This document shows, in pieces, positions 1 through 10,410 of a DNA stretch of 64,000 bases. Within the stretch, counting starts at the first letter, position 1. Every line of letters starts with the position of its first letter. The notes beneath the pieces are model-generated. The model searched no databases and was not told the DNA's origin. It was given only the letters and a program-made list of their open reading frames with translations. The stretch lies in contig JAQOWU010000007.1 in assembly GCA_030867685.1 (NCBI GenBank), positions 1,798,001 to 1,862,000 on the forward strand, given 5' to 3'. The stretch comes from Wickerhamiella versatilis. Lineage: Eukaryota. The translations under genes were made by a program, and so were the position numbers.

Positions 1-2002
1 GTGCTATACCATCAAACATAGCCCTGACATAGTCCGGCTGAAAGTCACTACCCGAGTTAGCCCCTTTAAGCTGGCGGCTCCAGGCATCAAAATCCATTCT
101 ACGTTTCACTGACGGAGAGTGCTGGTCCGTATTGAGCATAATCACGGCATATGCAAGAATAAATGCCGCATCTGCAGACGCGACATCATTAGAATTGCCC
201 TCTCCACTCATGAATTGTGCTGCAAACTTATCGATAATTAATTCAATCTGCCGAGATTCTCCTGGCAGCCTGAAGGAGCATAAGAAAGAACGGAGAGCCT
301 CATCCATACGCATATTGCTAAAGTCAAACTCTTGAATAAAATACCCAAGAATCTCCTGGTTCGCAGGCTTTGCAAGAAATTGCCCAAGAACTGCCTTGTT
401 AAGACGTCGGCATTCGCGCAAAAATCGACCGATTTCAGGGGGACTGTCATCTTTAACCAATTTCTGCTCAATCATAGCCTTGACACCATCCTTAGGGGAT
501 TTATTAAACGTATCTGCAACAAGTGTCTCACGCTGCTTGCGGTCTATAGACGACAAGTATGGTGGCGGTGTTGACTCTGGCACAAGAATATCATGCCATA
601 CCCGAAGAGCATGCAGAATGGCTTCAAGGCATAATGGTGGCACGGAAGCCGTTGACCACGTTGAACTGTCAGGATAAGCATTTCTACAAAGAAATCCCAA
701 TAGATCGCTTGCTAGGTCTGGTGACGATACATCGCAGTCGTAACTGGCATAAAGACTAGGCCAAAATGCAGGGTTTACTATCGCCATTCTCACAACTGCT
801 TCAACCATTACCTCTCGTAATTCAGGTGTTTTCAATCTTGCTGCACTAGGAAGCTGTGCTGTATCGGTCCCTGGCTCTATAGGTGGTGCTTTTACACAAC
901 GAGGTCGGGCAGGAACGCCCTCGTAAAAACCATCATTAGCGGGGAGGTCCGCAAGGGGGGTAAGGCTTGTGAGGACATATACAAGGACCAGTTCAAATTG
1001 CAATTTAAACTGTTCAGGACAAGTGTTCATAATTACCATTGCAAGGCTAAGCGCTTCAGCCACTAAACTCGGATGTTCTCTTCGCACCAAAAGTGCTATA
1101 TTACGCCATAACTGGTTTCCAATAAGCTCGAGTAATTTTTCATCTTGCCCAATGTTATGTCCCGATACCTCAAAGCAATTTCGGAGTATTTGGAGCACAG
1201 TTATTCGAGTAGCATCTGCCATTACCGCTCGATCCGCGGGGTTGAGCACCAACACCAACACCTTCAAGACTTCATATGTAGTCCTTGGGTCGAACTCGCC
1301 AAATATTATGCGCATGAAACTAATAAGAGTTGCCACTACACATTGACGCAGAGAGCCCCCACGACGTGGCTGGCACGCCAAACTCAAGCACGTTTCTGTA
1401 ATTTCTAGTACTGCCTGGCGGTGAAGTAACCTGATGCATGGGCTATGAATCATACGATCGAGCACAACCATTAGGTGGAGAAGTACCGCATCGTCTTCGC
1501 GGGTATCAGTCCCTTCAAACCTGCAGTGGGTTAAAGAGTGTGCTAAGTCATTGAGAGCTTCTTCAGCATTAATCGAGTCTTTTTTGATAACTCCAAGGGC
1601 AAAAAACTTCTCCAATGCATCTAAAGCGCTACTAGTTATAACCCCTGAGACGACCGGTGATCGAATGACTTCCACAAACGGTTGCACAATCATCAACGCG
1701 TCAAGATCTTTTCCACTTGCAACTGAAAAGCGTAGCTGGCCAAAACGGCGAAGCAGGTCTTGATCTGCGCGCTGTGGACGTGGAGTTCGCAGCTTCTCTC
1801 CGAACTCAGGCTCATCAGAATCGTCCTCGGGCACACCCAGGATAGCTGCAATGCCTGTTTTTACAAGCCGCGTATTATGTCTCATCAAGGCCATAAGTGA
1901 CATGCACTCGGCCATCACCAGAAAGCTGGTGTCGACACTCCTCCGCTCCATGTCTGCCTTGCCTGATGACACACCTGTGACGTATGAGCTTCCCTCTTCC
2001 AT
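1..2002 (-). CDS. GEA2: Sec7-domain Arf guanine-nucleotide exchange factor, Gea1/Gea2/GBF1 type (5' part; runs off the window start; absent from the ORF track)
   Basis: Manual translation of both ends, which are in the same frame. From ATG 2002: MEEGSS...MERRSVDTSFLVMAECMSLMALMRHN (Gea N-terminus). At ~403-110: LGQFLAKPANQEILGYFIQEFDFSNMRMDEALRSFLCSFRLPGESRQIE...AYAVIMLNTDQH (Sec7 domain with Glu finger). The true start may be the second Met near 1951. Confidence 0.9.
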   Translation of the reverse strand, partial: MEEGSSYVTGVSSGKADMERRSVDTSFLVMAECMSLMALMRHNTRLVKTGIAAILGVPEDDSDEPEFGEKLRTPRPQRADQDLLRRFGQLRFSVASGKDLDALMIVQPFVEVIRSPVVSGVITSSALDALEKFFALGVIKKDSINAEEALNDLAHSLTHCRFEGTDTREDDAVLLHLMVVLDRMIHSPCIRLLHRQAVLEITETCLSLACQPRRGGSLRQCVVATLISFMRIIFGEFDPRTTYEVLKVLVLVLNPADRAVMADATRITVLQILRNCFEVSGHNIGQDEKLLELIGNQLWRNIALLVRREHPSLVAEALSLAMVIMNTCPEQFKLQFELVLVYVLTSLTPLADLPANDGFYEGVPARPRCVKAPPIEPGTDTAQLPSAARLKTPELREVMVEAVVRMAIVNPAFWPSLYASYDCDVSSPDLASDLLGFLCRNAYPDSSTWSTASVPPLCLEAILHALRVWHDILVPESTPPPYLSSIDRKQRETLVADTFNKSPKDGVKAMIEQKLVKDDSPPEIGRFLRECRRLNKAVLGQFLAKPANQEILGYFIQEFDFSNMRMDEALRSFLCSFRLPGESRQIELIIDKFAAQFMSGEGNSNDVASADAAFILAYAVIMLNTDQHSPSVKRRMDFDAWSRQLKGANSGSDFQPDYVRAMFDGIA

Positions 2003-2337
2003 CTAGTATTATCCATCATTTTTGAGATAGACACAACTGTATGAATTAGATATTGTCAACCTATTTGCAATTTTTGCATGACTGTATAATCTAAAATTGT
2101 CAGTTTGGCTTTTACTATCTTGGGGCTTTCTCTGAAAATTGGCCCCTAGCAGAAACGAGATCTAACGTTTCCCTGATAAAACACACTACATAAATATAGT
2201 TATAGCTATAATAAAAAAAATAGCAAGCGAATACGTTAGACAGAAATGTAGTCCAGAAAGGTGGCTGCCGAGTGCACCATTCTCTATCACAAGACGACTT
2301 CTGGTAAAAAATATTTGTCAGCCTTTGAAAAAACCAT

Positions 2338-4612
2338 ATGCCAGACCTTACGGCACTATTGGCTCCAGATTCAGGAGGCGAAGAGGAAGACCCTCAGGAC
2401 ATTATTTCTGAATCAGACTCAGACTCCAGGTCAGTAACGAGTATAGAACCAGAGCATGAACAGAACACCGACAATGCTTTTCCAAAACTCGATAGTGAAG
2501 ACGATGAAGTTGAGGTGATTGCAGCCACAAAATCAGCAGGCAAAAAAAGAAGTGGAAATACTTTCAACTCAATGGGGCTCTCGCGGCTCTTACTCTCCAA
2601 CATTCAGCGCAAAGGATTCAAAACGCCCACCCCAATTCAGCGAAAGGCCATCCCTCTCATGCTCGACGGTGAGGATGTGGTGGGTATGGCTAGGACAGGT
2701 TCAGGAAAAACAGCAGCTTTTGTTGTTCCTATGTTGGACCGTCTCAAGACGCATAGTGCTAGGGTAGGTATTCGGGCCCTCATCCTGAGTCCATCCCGTG
2801 AGCTGGCGTTTCAGACCTTGCGTACTGTTCGTGAATTTGGCAGAAAAACAGAGCTGCGGTCCGTACTATTAGTGGGTGGTGACTCAATGGACGATCAGTT
2901 CAGCATGATGCTTGAGAATCCGGACATTGTTATCGCCACACCCGGACGCTTCCTGCACCTTAAGGTTGAAATGCGTCTTGACCTGTCAACAGTTGAGTAT
3001 GTCGTGTTCGATGAGGCAGATCGTCTGTTTGAGATGGGGTTTGCCGAGCAGCTTAATGAGATTTTGTCCAGTCTGCCGGAGACCCGCCAGACCTCGCTGT
3101 TCTCAGCCACATTACCTGCCTCATTGGTTGAATTTACCAAGGCAGGTCTGAGGAATCCTCATCTTGTGAGATTAGATTCGGAACAAAAGATTAGTGAACA
3201 GCTCGAAATGGCGTTTTTCGCTGTTAAGGATGCGGAAAGAGATGCGTCATTGCTTTATTTGCTGGCGTCGGTGATTAAGATACCACCGGCTTCAAAAGAA
3301 CAGAAGGAATATTTGAAAAAGCGCGAAAGTTTCGAATCCATTGAAAAGCGGGAGAAAACCCGTCATGATGGGATACCAACTGCCCAGTCCACTATTGTCT
3401 TTGTGCCGACCAAGCACCATGTCGAATATATAGCGCGGTTGCTCCGGTATGAGGGCTACGCAGTATCATATATATACGGTTCACTTGACCAGGCTGCTCG
3501 TAGGGAGCAGCTTTATTTGTTTAGCGCGGGAAAAACATCGATTCTTGTTGTTACTGATGTCGCAGCCCGTGGTGTTGATATTCCAATGCTTGCAAACGTC
3601 GTAAACTATAACCTACCGACATCACCAAGAGCTTTTGTTCATCGCGTAGGGCGTACAGCTCGCGCGGGTAACACGGGTTGGGCTTATTCTCTGGTTCGTG
3701 ACATGGACCTCGCCTATCTTGCTGACCTTGAGGTATTTTTAGGGAGGAGTGTGAGGCTAGGTGATGCTCCAAACTATACCCAATTCCTCGTGCTTGGAAG
3801 CTTGCCGCGGCCTGGGGTTGAATTCCAGGACGAGCAATTACGAGCTGTCATCGACCGTGATTATGACCTGAGCGAACTCCGTAAGGTAGCTGCCCGTGGT
3901 GAGCGGCTTTGGCAAAAAAGTCGTGAGCCGGCTTCGCGTGAATCTGTGCGCAAAGCGAATGACTGGGTTGAATCTTCGCAGTGGGATGTTCCACATTGCC
4001 TCACGCTAACGAAGGACCAGTCGGCCGAGCAAGCAGCTGAACAGGCCAAGGCTGATTTCCTGTCCCACTTGAACAACCGCAGGTCAAGAGAGACGGTATT
4101 CGAGTTCAAAAAGTCGGGGGCCAGTGATGCGGCGCACATGATGGCCCGCAGGAGAGCCCAACTGGCTCCCATCCAAGAAAAGCATAAACTCAAGCGAGAC
4201 AAAGCTACCATTCCAGTTGGTAGTTCAAAAGATTCTGAGTTCTACATGAGCCATTATGAGCCTACAGAATCTTTACAGGACCGTGGCTACTCTATAACAG
4301 GTTCCGCAGGGTTTGCCGATTTGGCGCGAACTGCAGGATTTAGTGTTGACAATGAGGGTGTTGATTATAGTTCTAAGCAGGTCAAGCGCTGGGACAAGAA
4401 GCATGGTAAATACGTTACAGCAAACTCTGACACCAGGTACATTCGGGATGAAAACGGTCGTAAGATCCCTGCCTCACTAAGAACTGGCCGGTTCGATGCC
4501 NNNNNNNNNNNNNNNNNNNNNNNNNNNNNNNNNNNNNNNNNNNNNNNNNNNNNNNNNNNNNNNNNNNNNNNNNNNNNNNNNNNNNNNNNNNNNNNNNNNN
4601 ACGACGAAATAA
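2338..4612 (+). CDS. DBP10: DEAD-box RNA helicase Dbp10 (60S biogenesis); C-terminal part falls in the N gap
   Basis: Motifs ARTGSGKT, SPSRELA, FDEADRLFEMGF, SAT, HRVGRTARAG and the Dbp10 C-terminal WDKKHGKY...GRKIPASLRTGRFDA. The end is inferred from the duplicate copy at 8511-8849. Confidence 0.93.
4501..4600. other. Assembly gap (100 N)
   Basis: Run of N. Flanks match 8511-8525 and 8837 onward, implying at least 311 bp are missing. Confidence 0.99.
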
Positions 4613-4619
4613 ATTAGAT

Positions 4620-6173
4620 ATAATAATGCAGAATTCTGTGCCATAGGAATAAGACAAATTCAAAGCATAACTTTCTTCTAGCCTCCTGGCGCTCCAGTCC
4701 TAGCTTCGTACCTCCATTAAGCGAGGGTTTGGTTACCACGCGTGGTAGTGTAGCTGCTAAGGATATATCATAGGAAAAAGCGGTGTCAGAGCCACAGAGT
4801 GTTTGGTTTTTCCCCCAAACAAACCTCTAGGTGAAATGCGGCTGGACGCAGAGATTACCACCAGGTTTCATAAGTCAACAAAGACAGTGTAAAAATTTAT
4901 GGGAAAGAAAAGGCGACTTAAACCTAGATAAACTTAAAAGGTTTTGCACTGAACGATGACGGGCAGTCCTGGGCCGGCTAAAAAACTCTAGTTGGTGACA
5001 TTTTCTTGAAAATACAAGGGACTACGACGCTTTAGGCTTACGACAGGGGAATTAGGGAGCCATAGAGGCATTCAGCAATAAATGTCTCAATCCTTACTAT
5101 AGCAAATAGCGCCCGTACCCACAGGTCTTACCAATAGTTATTCTATTCAACTTCAATCGAACCCATAGTTCAAGGGTAGTGATATACGCGGGATGATAAG
5201 GCCTTTTATATAACAGATGGAAATTATTGTGGGGCGCAGTGATTGTGGTAGAGCATCCCCCTGATCTTCGTCTTTGAGAGGAAAGGGGGGAGCGGTAGGG
5301 TGGGGATATAGCTGGTTTTTCCTGTAGGGTATTAATGACGCATATCGCCCTAACCTTAAAGGTTTCAAGACGAGAATTATGATGGGCTCTCACCTATAAC
5401 ACCTATTCAGAAGGGGCAAAATGGCAAAAAGTAGTAATTCTATTGATGATGCATGTAAGGTTACTTATATCAGGTCGCAGAGATGGTATCAATTCCACCC
5501 CCTTTATTACGGGCAGAAACACCCCTTGCCCAACGAAACCAATCCAGTAGAATTAACATATGGTTAACAAACAAAGTGCACCAAAGAATACCGATCTGAA
5601 AGGATTTTGATTATTTGAGAATATTTACCCTAAAAATTTAGAGAGTCTAAATCCTGCTTCCGATGTCTTTCGGCGTAACCACCATCCGATCGAAGGGTTG
5701 GGGTGCGAAAATTCTCCTGAATTGACTTGTGACAAGGTAGTGTGGGGAACATATCAGCGGTGCAAGGTACACATTTGGATCATAAAAAAACAGCTTCCAA
5801 TCCATTAAATTAGGCCCAAATTCTCATGCAAGCGAAAATACAGGTGAATTATACAAAATTTTAACATTGCGTGAAACGCGTAGTAGCCCATGCATATGCA
5901 GGTATTACCAAGGCATTTGTTTTCCTGCGGGGTTTAAGGGTAAGGGTGGCCCTAATTGGGCTCCTAGAGACTCGTAGCGACGATTTGAGGAAGTACAAGA
6001 GAAATAAACGTGAAAATGAGAAAAATTTATACCGGTATCCAGTGTGTTGTCGAAACATCAAGCCTTCGGACGGCAACATATGATGTGGAGAAATGTTAGT
6101 CAGAACGGGTGACATCAGTATGCATGAAGCTCCATGGGTATATAACTAGAATGGCATCGCCCCGCAAAACCTT
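4620..6173 (+). promoter_or_regulatory. Long (~1.5 kb) promoter of the STL1-like gene with STRE-like (AGGGG/CCCCT) and Mig1-like (SYGGGG) boxes and TATATAA; repeated at 8857-10410
   Basis: AGGGG/CCCCT near 5045, 5258, 5284, 5412, 5499, 5523; GTGGGG/GCGGGG near 5229, 5300, 5742, 5927; TATATAA 6139-6145. Function inferred. Confidence 0.45.
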
Positions 6174-8180
6174 ATGGTTCTAGGTATTAATCATACCAAG
6201 CGTGCCGCTAAGCATGTGGCCGAAAATAAGCCACATGCCAGGCGGACAGCCACTATGGGGCTAAGTGGCCGTCCACTACGTTGGACAATTACAGCATGCT
6301 CTGTCACGGCATTCTCATTGTTCGGTTATGACCAGGGTTTGATGGGTTCTATCATCACTGGTCTCCAGTTTGTCGAACAGGAGTTCAAACCTCTCAAATA
6401 CTTTATTGCCAGTGAAGGAGAGACTTGTCCGTACCCGTCAAACCCCGATTACTCTCAGGCAATGACTGGTAACCAGTGGGCAAATATGCTATTAACTGGT
6501 GACCCAGATGCTTCTAATCTCGATGTAGGCGCAGGTGCGAATACATACTATTGTGAAAAGGAATCACGGCAACAGTCGGTTTTACAAGGTGGTGTCACAT
6601 CGTCATATGACGTGGGATGCTTTTTCGGATCAATCTTCGTGTTCTTCTTTGGTGAAAGAATCGGACGCAAGCCGTTGGTTATTCTCGGCTGCTTCATTGT
6701 AATTGTTGGTGTGGTTATTTCCACCGCGTCTTATGGTCATGCCTGGGGTATTGGTCAGTTCATTGTAGGTCGTGCCATTACCGGTGTTGGTAACGGTATG
6801 AATACAGCAACCATTCCTGTCTGGCAGTCTGAGGTATCACGACCCGAAATTCGTGGTCGGTTGGTGAATCTTGAAGGCTCTGTAGTGGCTATTGGCACCA
6901 TGGTTGCGACCTGGTTCGACTACGGCCTCCATTGGATCCGTGGTTCGTCAATTGCCTGGCGATTCCCTGTAGCACTTCAAGCTGTGTTTGCCTTGATTGT
7001 GATTATATGTGTACCCAACCTTCCAGAGTCCCCCCGTTGGCTTGTTTCGAAAGGCAGAATTGAGGAGGCCAGAACAGTCCAAGCAGCTTTGATGTCAATG
7101 GATCCTCATCACGAGATGATTGAAGATGTGATAGCTGTCAATATTGAGGAAGTCAAGAGGCAGGGATCGGCTGCTGATTTGAAGACATTGTTCACCAATG
7201 GTAAGGGTCAATACTTAAACCGTATGTTGATCGGTGCGTCTACACAGTTTTTCCAGCAAATTACCGGATGTAACGCCGCTATCTATTATTCTACTGTCTT
7301 GTTCCAGAAAATGTACGCCGCTAAGGGCAAAACGGACATTCAGAATACTACCGATTTGCCCATTCTTCTTGGTGGTGTATTCGGCTGTGTATATGCTGCA
7401 TTTACCATTCTCAGTTTCATACTCGTAGACTGGGTCGGTAGAAGATGGCTCTTCTTCTGGGGTGCCGCGGGTCAAGCAATTTCGTTCTTCATCTCCATGG
7501 CATGCCTTGCCGCTTCCAGCTCCTATAACAGCAAGAAGGGTAAAGCAACAAATCAACAGGACATTGATAAGTGGACCAACAAGGAAGTTAATAGTATGAA
7601 GGGTGGTATTGTTGGTCTCTACTTATTCATTGCTTGCTTTGGTACTTCCATCCTTGAACTTCCATGGGTGTACCCACCGGAGATCAACCCACTTAAGACA
7701 CGTACCCCTGCAACTGCCCTCTCGACGATGATGAACTGGCTGTGGAATTTCACTGTTGTCATGTTCACCCCAGTCTTTATTGACGAGTCGCAATGGGGTT
7801 GCTACTTGTTCTTTGCTATTATGAATATGCTCTGGTTGCCTGTAATTTATTTCTATTATCCTGAGACCGCTGGACGCAAACTTGAAGAGATTGACCTTAT
7901 TTTCGCTCGTGCGCACGTTGAAGGTAAGTTCCCCTTCATGGTTGCGAGTGAGATGCCAGCACTTAGTGATGAGGAGATTATCCAGGAAGGACGTCGTCTG
8001 GGTCTTGGCCTGGTAGACAACGCTGGTAACCCACTTGATCGCCCTGACGCCAAGGAAGGCTCAGCTGAGGGAAGCGAGAATAAACGTAATTCTACCACTT
8101 CATCTATATCTGCTCTCAGCAACACGGGAGAAGGTAACAATCCAGAGGATTTTAATCCTGGCGCTGCGCAAAACGTCTAA
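6174..8180 (+). CDS. STL1: MFS sugar-porter, Stl1-like glycerol/polyol:H+ symporter (copy 1)
   Basis: LFGYDQGLMG, GNGMNTATIPVWQSE, RGRLVNLEGS, PESPRWL, STQFFQQITGCNAAIYYS, LPWVYPPEINPLKTR, YPETAGRKLEEID are Stl1-subfamily signatures. Confidence 0.88.
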   Translation: MVLGINHTKRAAKHVAENKPHARRTATMGLSGRPLRWTITACSVTAFSLFGYDQGLMGSIITGLQFVEQEFKPLKYFIASEGETCPYPSNPDYSQAMTGNQWANMLLTGDPDASNLDVGAGANTYYCEKESRQQSVLQGGVTSSYDVGCFFGSIFVFFFGERIGRKPLVILGCFIVIVGVVISTASYGHAWGIGQFIVGRAITGVGNGMNTATIPVWQSEVSRPEIRGRLVNLEGSVVAIGTMVATWFDYGLHWIRGSSIAWRFPVALQAVFALIVIICVPNLPESPRWLVSKGRIEEARTVQAALMSMDPHHEMIEDVIAVNIEEVKRQGSAADLKTLFTNGKGQYLNRMLIGASTQFFQQITGCNAAIYYSTVLFQKMYAAKGKTDIQNTTDLPILLGGVFGCVYAAFTILSFILVDWVGRRWLFFWGAAGQAISFFISMACLAASSSYNSKKGKATNQQDIDKWTNKEVNSMKGGIVGLYLFIACFGTSILELPWVYPPEINPLKTRTPATALSTMMNWLWNFTVVMFTPVFIDESQWGCYLFFAIMNMLWLPVIYFYYPETAGRKLEEIDLIFARAHVEGKFPFMVASEMPALSDEEIIQEGRRLGLGLVDNAGNPLDRPDAKEGSAEGSENKRNSTTSSISALSNTGEGNNPEDFNPGAAQNV

Positions 8181-8510
8181 GGTTCTTTGTCGCCGCCGCT
8201 GTCCGATTGATTGATTGATTACCTTAACCTTATTCATATTCCCCTAGCTGGTTAGGCATGATTAATAATTTGTTTTGCTTTTGTAAGAATGTTTTGCGGG
8301 TTTTTCCGCAGGCCTCAAATGACGAGAGAAAGCGGTTTTTTTAAATTTTGTGACAAGTGAGGCCGAAATAACCTCCCTCACATGTCCAAGAAATGTGCTT
8401 TCGACCGTTAGCGGTTTTCGATCTGGCTGTCTAACAGTAGTCACGTGATGCATATGTCATTGTGCATGCTCGGTTGGCATTTTTCCGCACAGGGGGTGTG
8501 AGGAAGTAGT

Positions 8511-8849
8511 GGCCGGTTCGATGCCTGGCAACGCGAACATAAGGTGGCAGCACCTATGGTCGGAAGTATTGAGGAGCCTAACTCAGGAAACATGACGGGT
8601 GCCGGAAGGGATCGACGAGTTCGGAAGTTCCATAGGAAGGAAAAGGCGCCTAAACTGCCTGACAAGGCCCGCGATGACTATAAGAAGCAGAAAGAAAAGT
8701 ATGCTAAAGCAATGGAAAAAGGCGTGCATGTAAAGGGTGCCTCGCAGCCCCGGGGACTGAAGCCGGCCTCCCAGATTGCCAAGGAACGGTCGCTTAAACA
8801 ACAGCGGTGGGAAAAATCAAACCAGCCCACAAAGCGACGACGAAAATAA
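8511..8849 (+). pseudogene. Duplicated 3' fragment of DBP10 (last ~112 codons)
   Basis: Begins with the same GGCCGGTTCGATGCC as 4486-4500 and reads GRFDAWQREHK...KAPKLPDKARDDY...QPTKRRRK*, the basic Dbp10 tail. Confidence 0.9.
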
Positions 8850-10410
8850 ATTAGATATAATAATGCAGAATTCTGTGCCATAGGAATAAGACAAATTCAA
8901 AGCATAACTTTCTTCTAGCCTCCTGGCGCTCCAGTCCTAGCTTCGTACCTCCATTAAGCGAGGGTTTGGTTACCACGCGTGGTAGTGTAGCTGCTAAGGA
9001 TATATCATAGGAAAAAGCGGTGTCAGAGCCACAGAGTGTTTGGTTTTTCCCCCAAACAAACCTCTAGGTGAAATGCGGCTGGACGCAGAGATTACCACCA
9101 GGTTTCATAAGTCAACAAAGACAGTGTAAAAATTTATGGGAAAGAAAAGGCGACTTAAACCTAGATAAACTTAAAAGGTTTTGCACTGAACGATGACGGG
9201 CAGTCCTGGGCCGGCTAAAAAACTCTAGTTGGTGACATTTTCTTGAAAATACAAGGGACTACGACGCTTTAGGCTTACGACAGGGGAATTAGGGAGCCAT
9301 AGAGGCATTCAGCAATAAATGTCTCAATCCTTACTATAGCAAATAGCGCCCGTACCCACAGGTCTTACCAATAGTTATTCTATTCAACTTCAATCGAACC
9401 CATAGTTCAAGGGTAGTGATATACGCGGGATGATAAGGCCTTTTATATAACAGATGGAAATTATTGTGGGGCGCAGTGATTGTGGTAGAGCATCCCCCTG
9501 ATCTTCGTCTTTGAGAGGAAAGGGGGGAGCGGTAGGGTGGGGATATAGCTGGTTTTTCCTGTAGGGTATTAATGACGCATATCGCCCTAACCTTAAAGGT
9601 TTCAAGACGAGAATTATGATGGGCTCTCACCTATAACACCTATTCAGAAGGGGCAAAATGGCAAAAAGTAGTAATTCTATTGATGATGCATGTAAGGTTA
9701 CTTATATCAGGTCGCAGAGATGGTATCAATTCCACCCCCTTTATTACGGGCAGAAACACCCCTTGCCCAACGAAACCAATCCAGTAGAATTAACATATGG
9801 TTAACAAACAAAGTGCACCAAAGAATACCGATCTGAAAGGATTTTGATTATTTGAGAATATTTACCCTAAAAATTTAGAGAGTCTAAATCCTGCTTCCGA
9901 TGTCTTTCGGCGTAACCACCATCCGATCGAAGGGTTGGGGTGCGAAAATTCTCCTGAATTGACTTGTGACAAGGTAGTGTGGGGAACATATCAGCGGTGC
10001 AAGGTACACATTTGGATCATAAAAAAACAGCTTCCAATCCATTAAATTAGGCCCAAATTCTCATGCAAGCGAAAATACAGGTGAATTATACAAAATTTTA
10101 ACATTGCGTGAAACGCGTAGTAGCCCATGCATATGCAGGTATTACCAAGGCATTTGTTTTCCTGCGGGGTTTAAGGGTAAGGGTGGCCCTAATTGGGCTC
10201 CTAGAGACTCGTAGCGACGATTTGAGGAAGTACAAGAGAAATAAACGTGAAAATGAGAAAAATTTATACCGGTATCCAGTGTGTTGTCGAAACATCAAGC
10301 CTTCGGACGGCAACATATGATGTGGAGAAATGTTAGTCAGAACGGGTGACATCAGTATGCATGAAGCTCCATGGGTATATAACTAGAATGGCATCGCCCC
10401 GCAAAACCTT

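Noticed and set aside
132-1763. Several plus-strand short ORFs
   Set aside because: Antisense to the GEA-type gene, which the ORF track missed because it runs off the window.
4501-4617. DBP10 ending in ...DEIN as in the ORF track
   Set aside because: Artefact of the arbitrary 100-N gap length; the duplicate shows the true end RRRK.
5097-6115. Short ORFs in the STL1 upstream region (and their copies at 9334-10352)
   Set aside because: Mostly non-ATG starts and no motifs; they recur only because of the duplication.
8440-8448. GTCACGTGA as centromere CDEI (also at 12677)
   Set aside because: No AT-rich CDEII or CDEIII follows; more likely a bHLH (Cbf1-type) promoter site.
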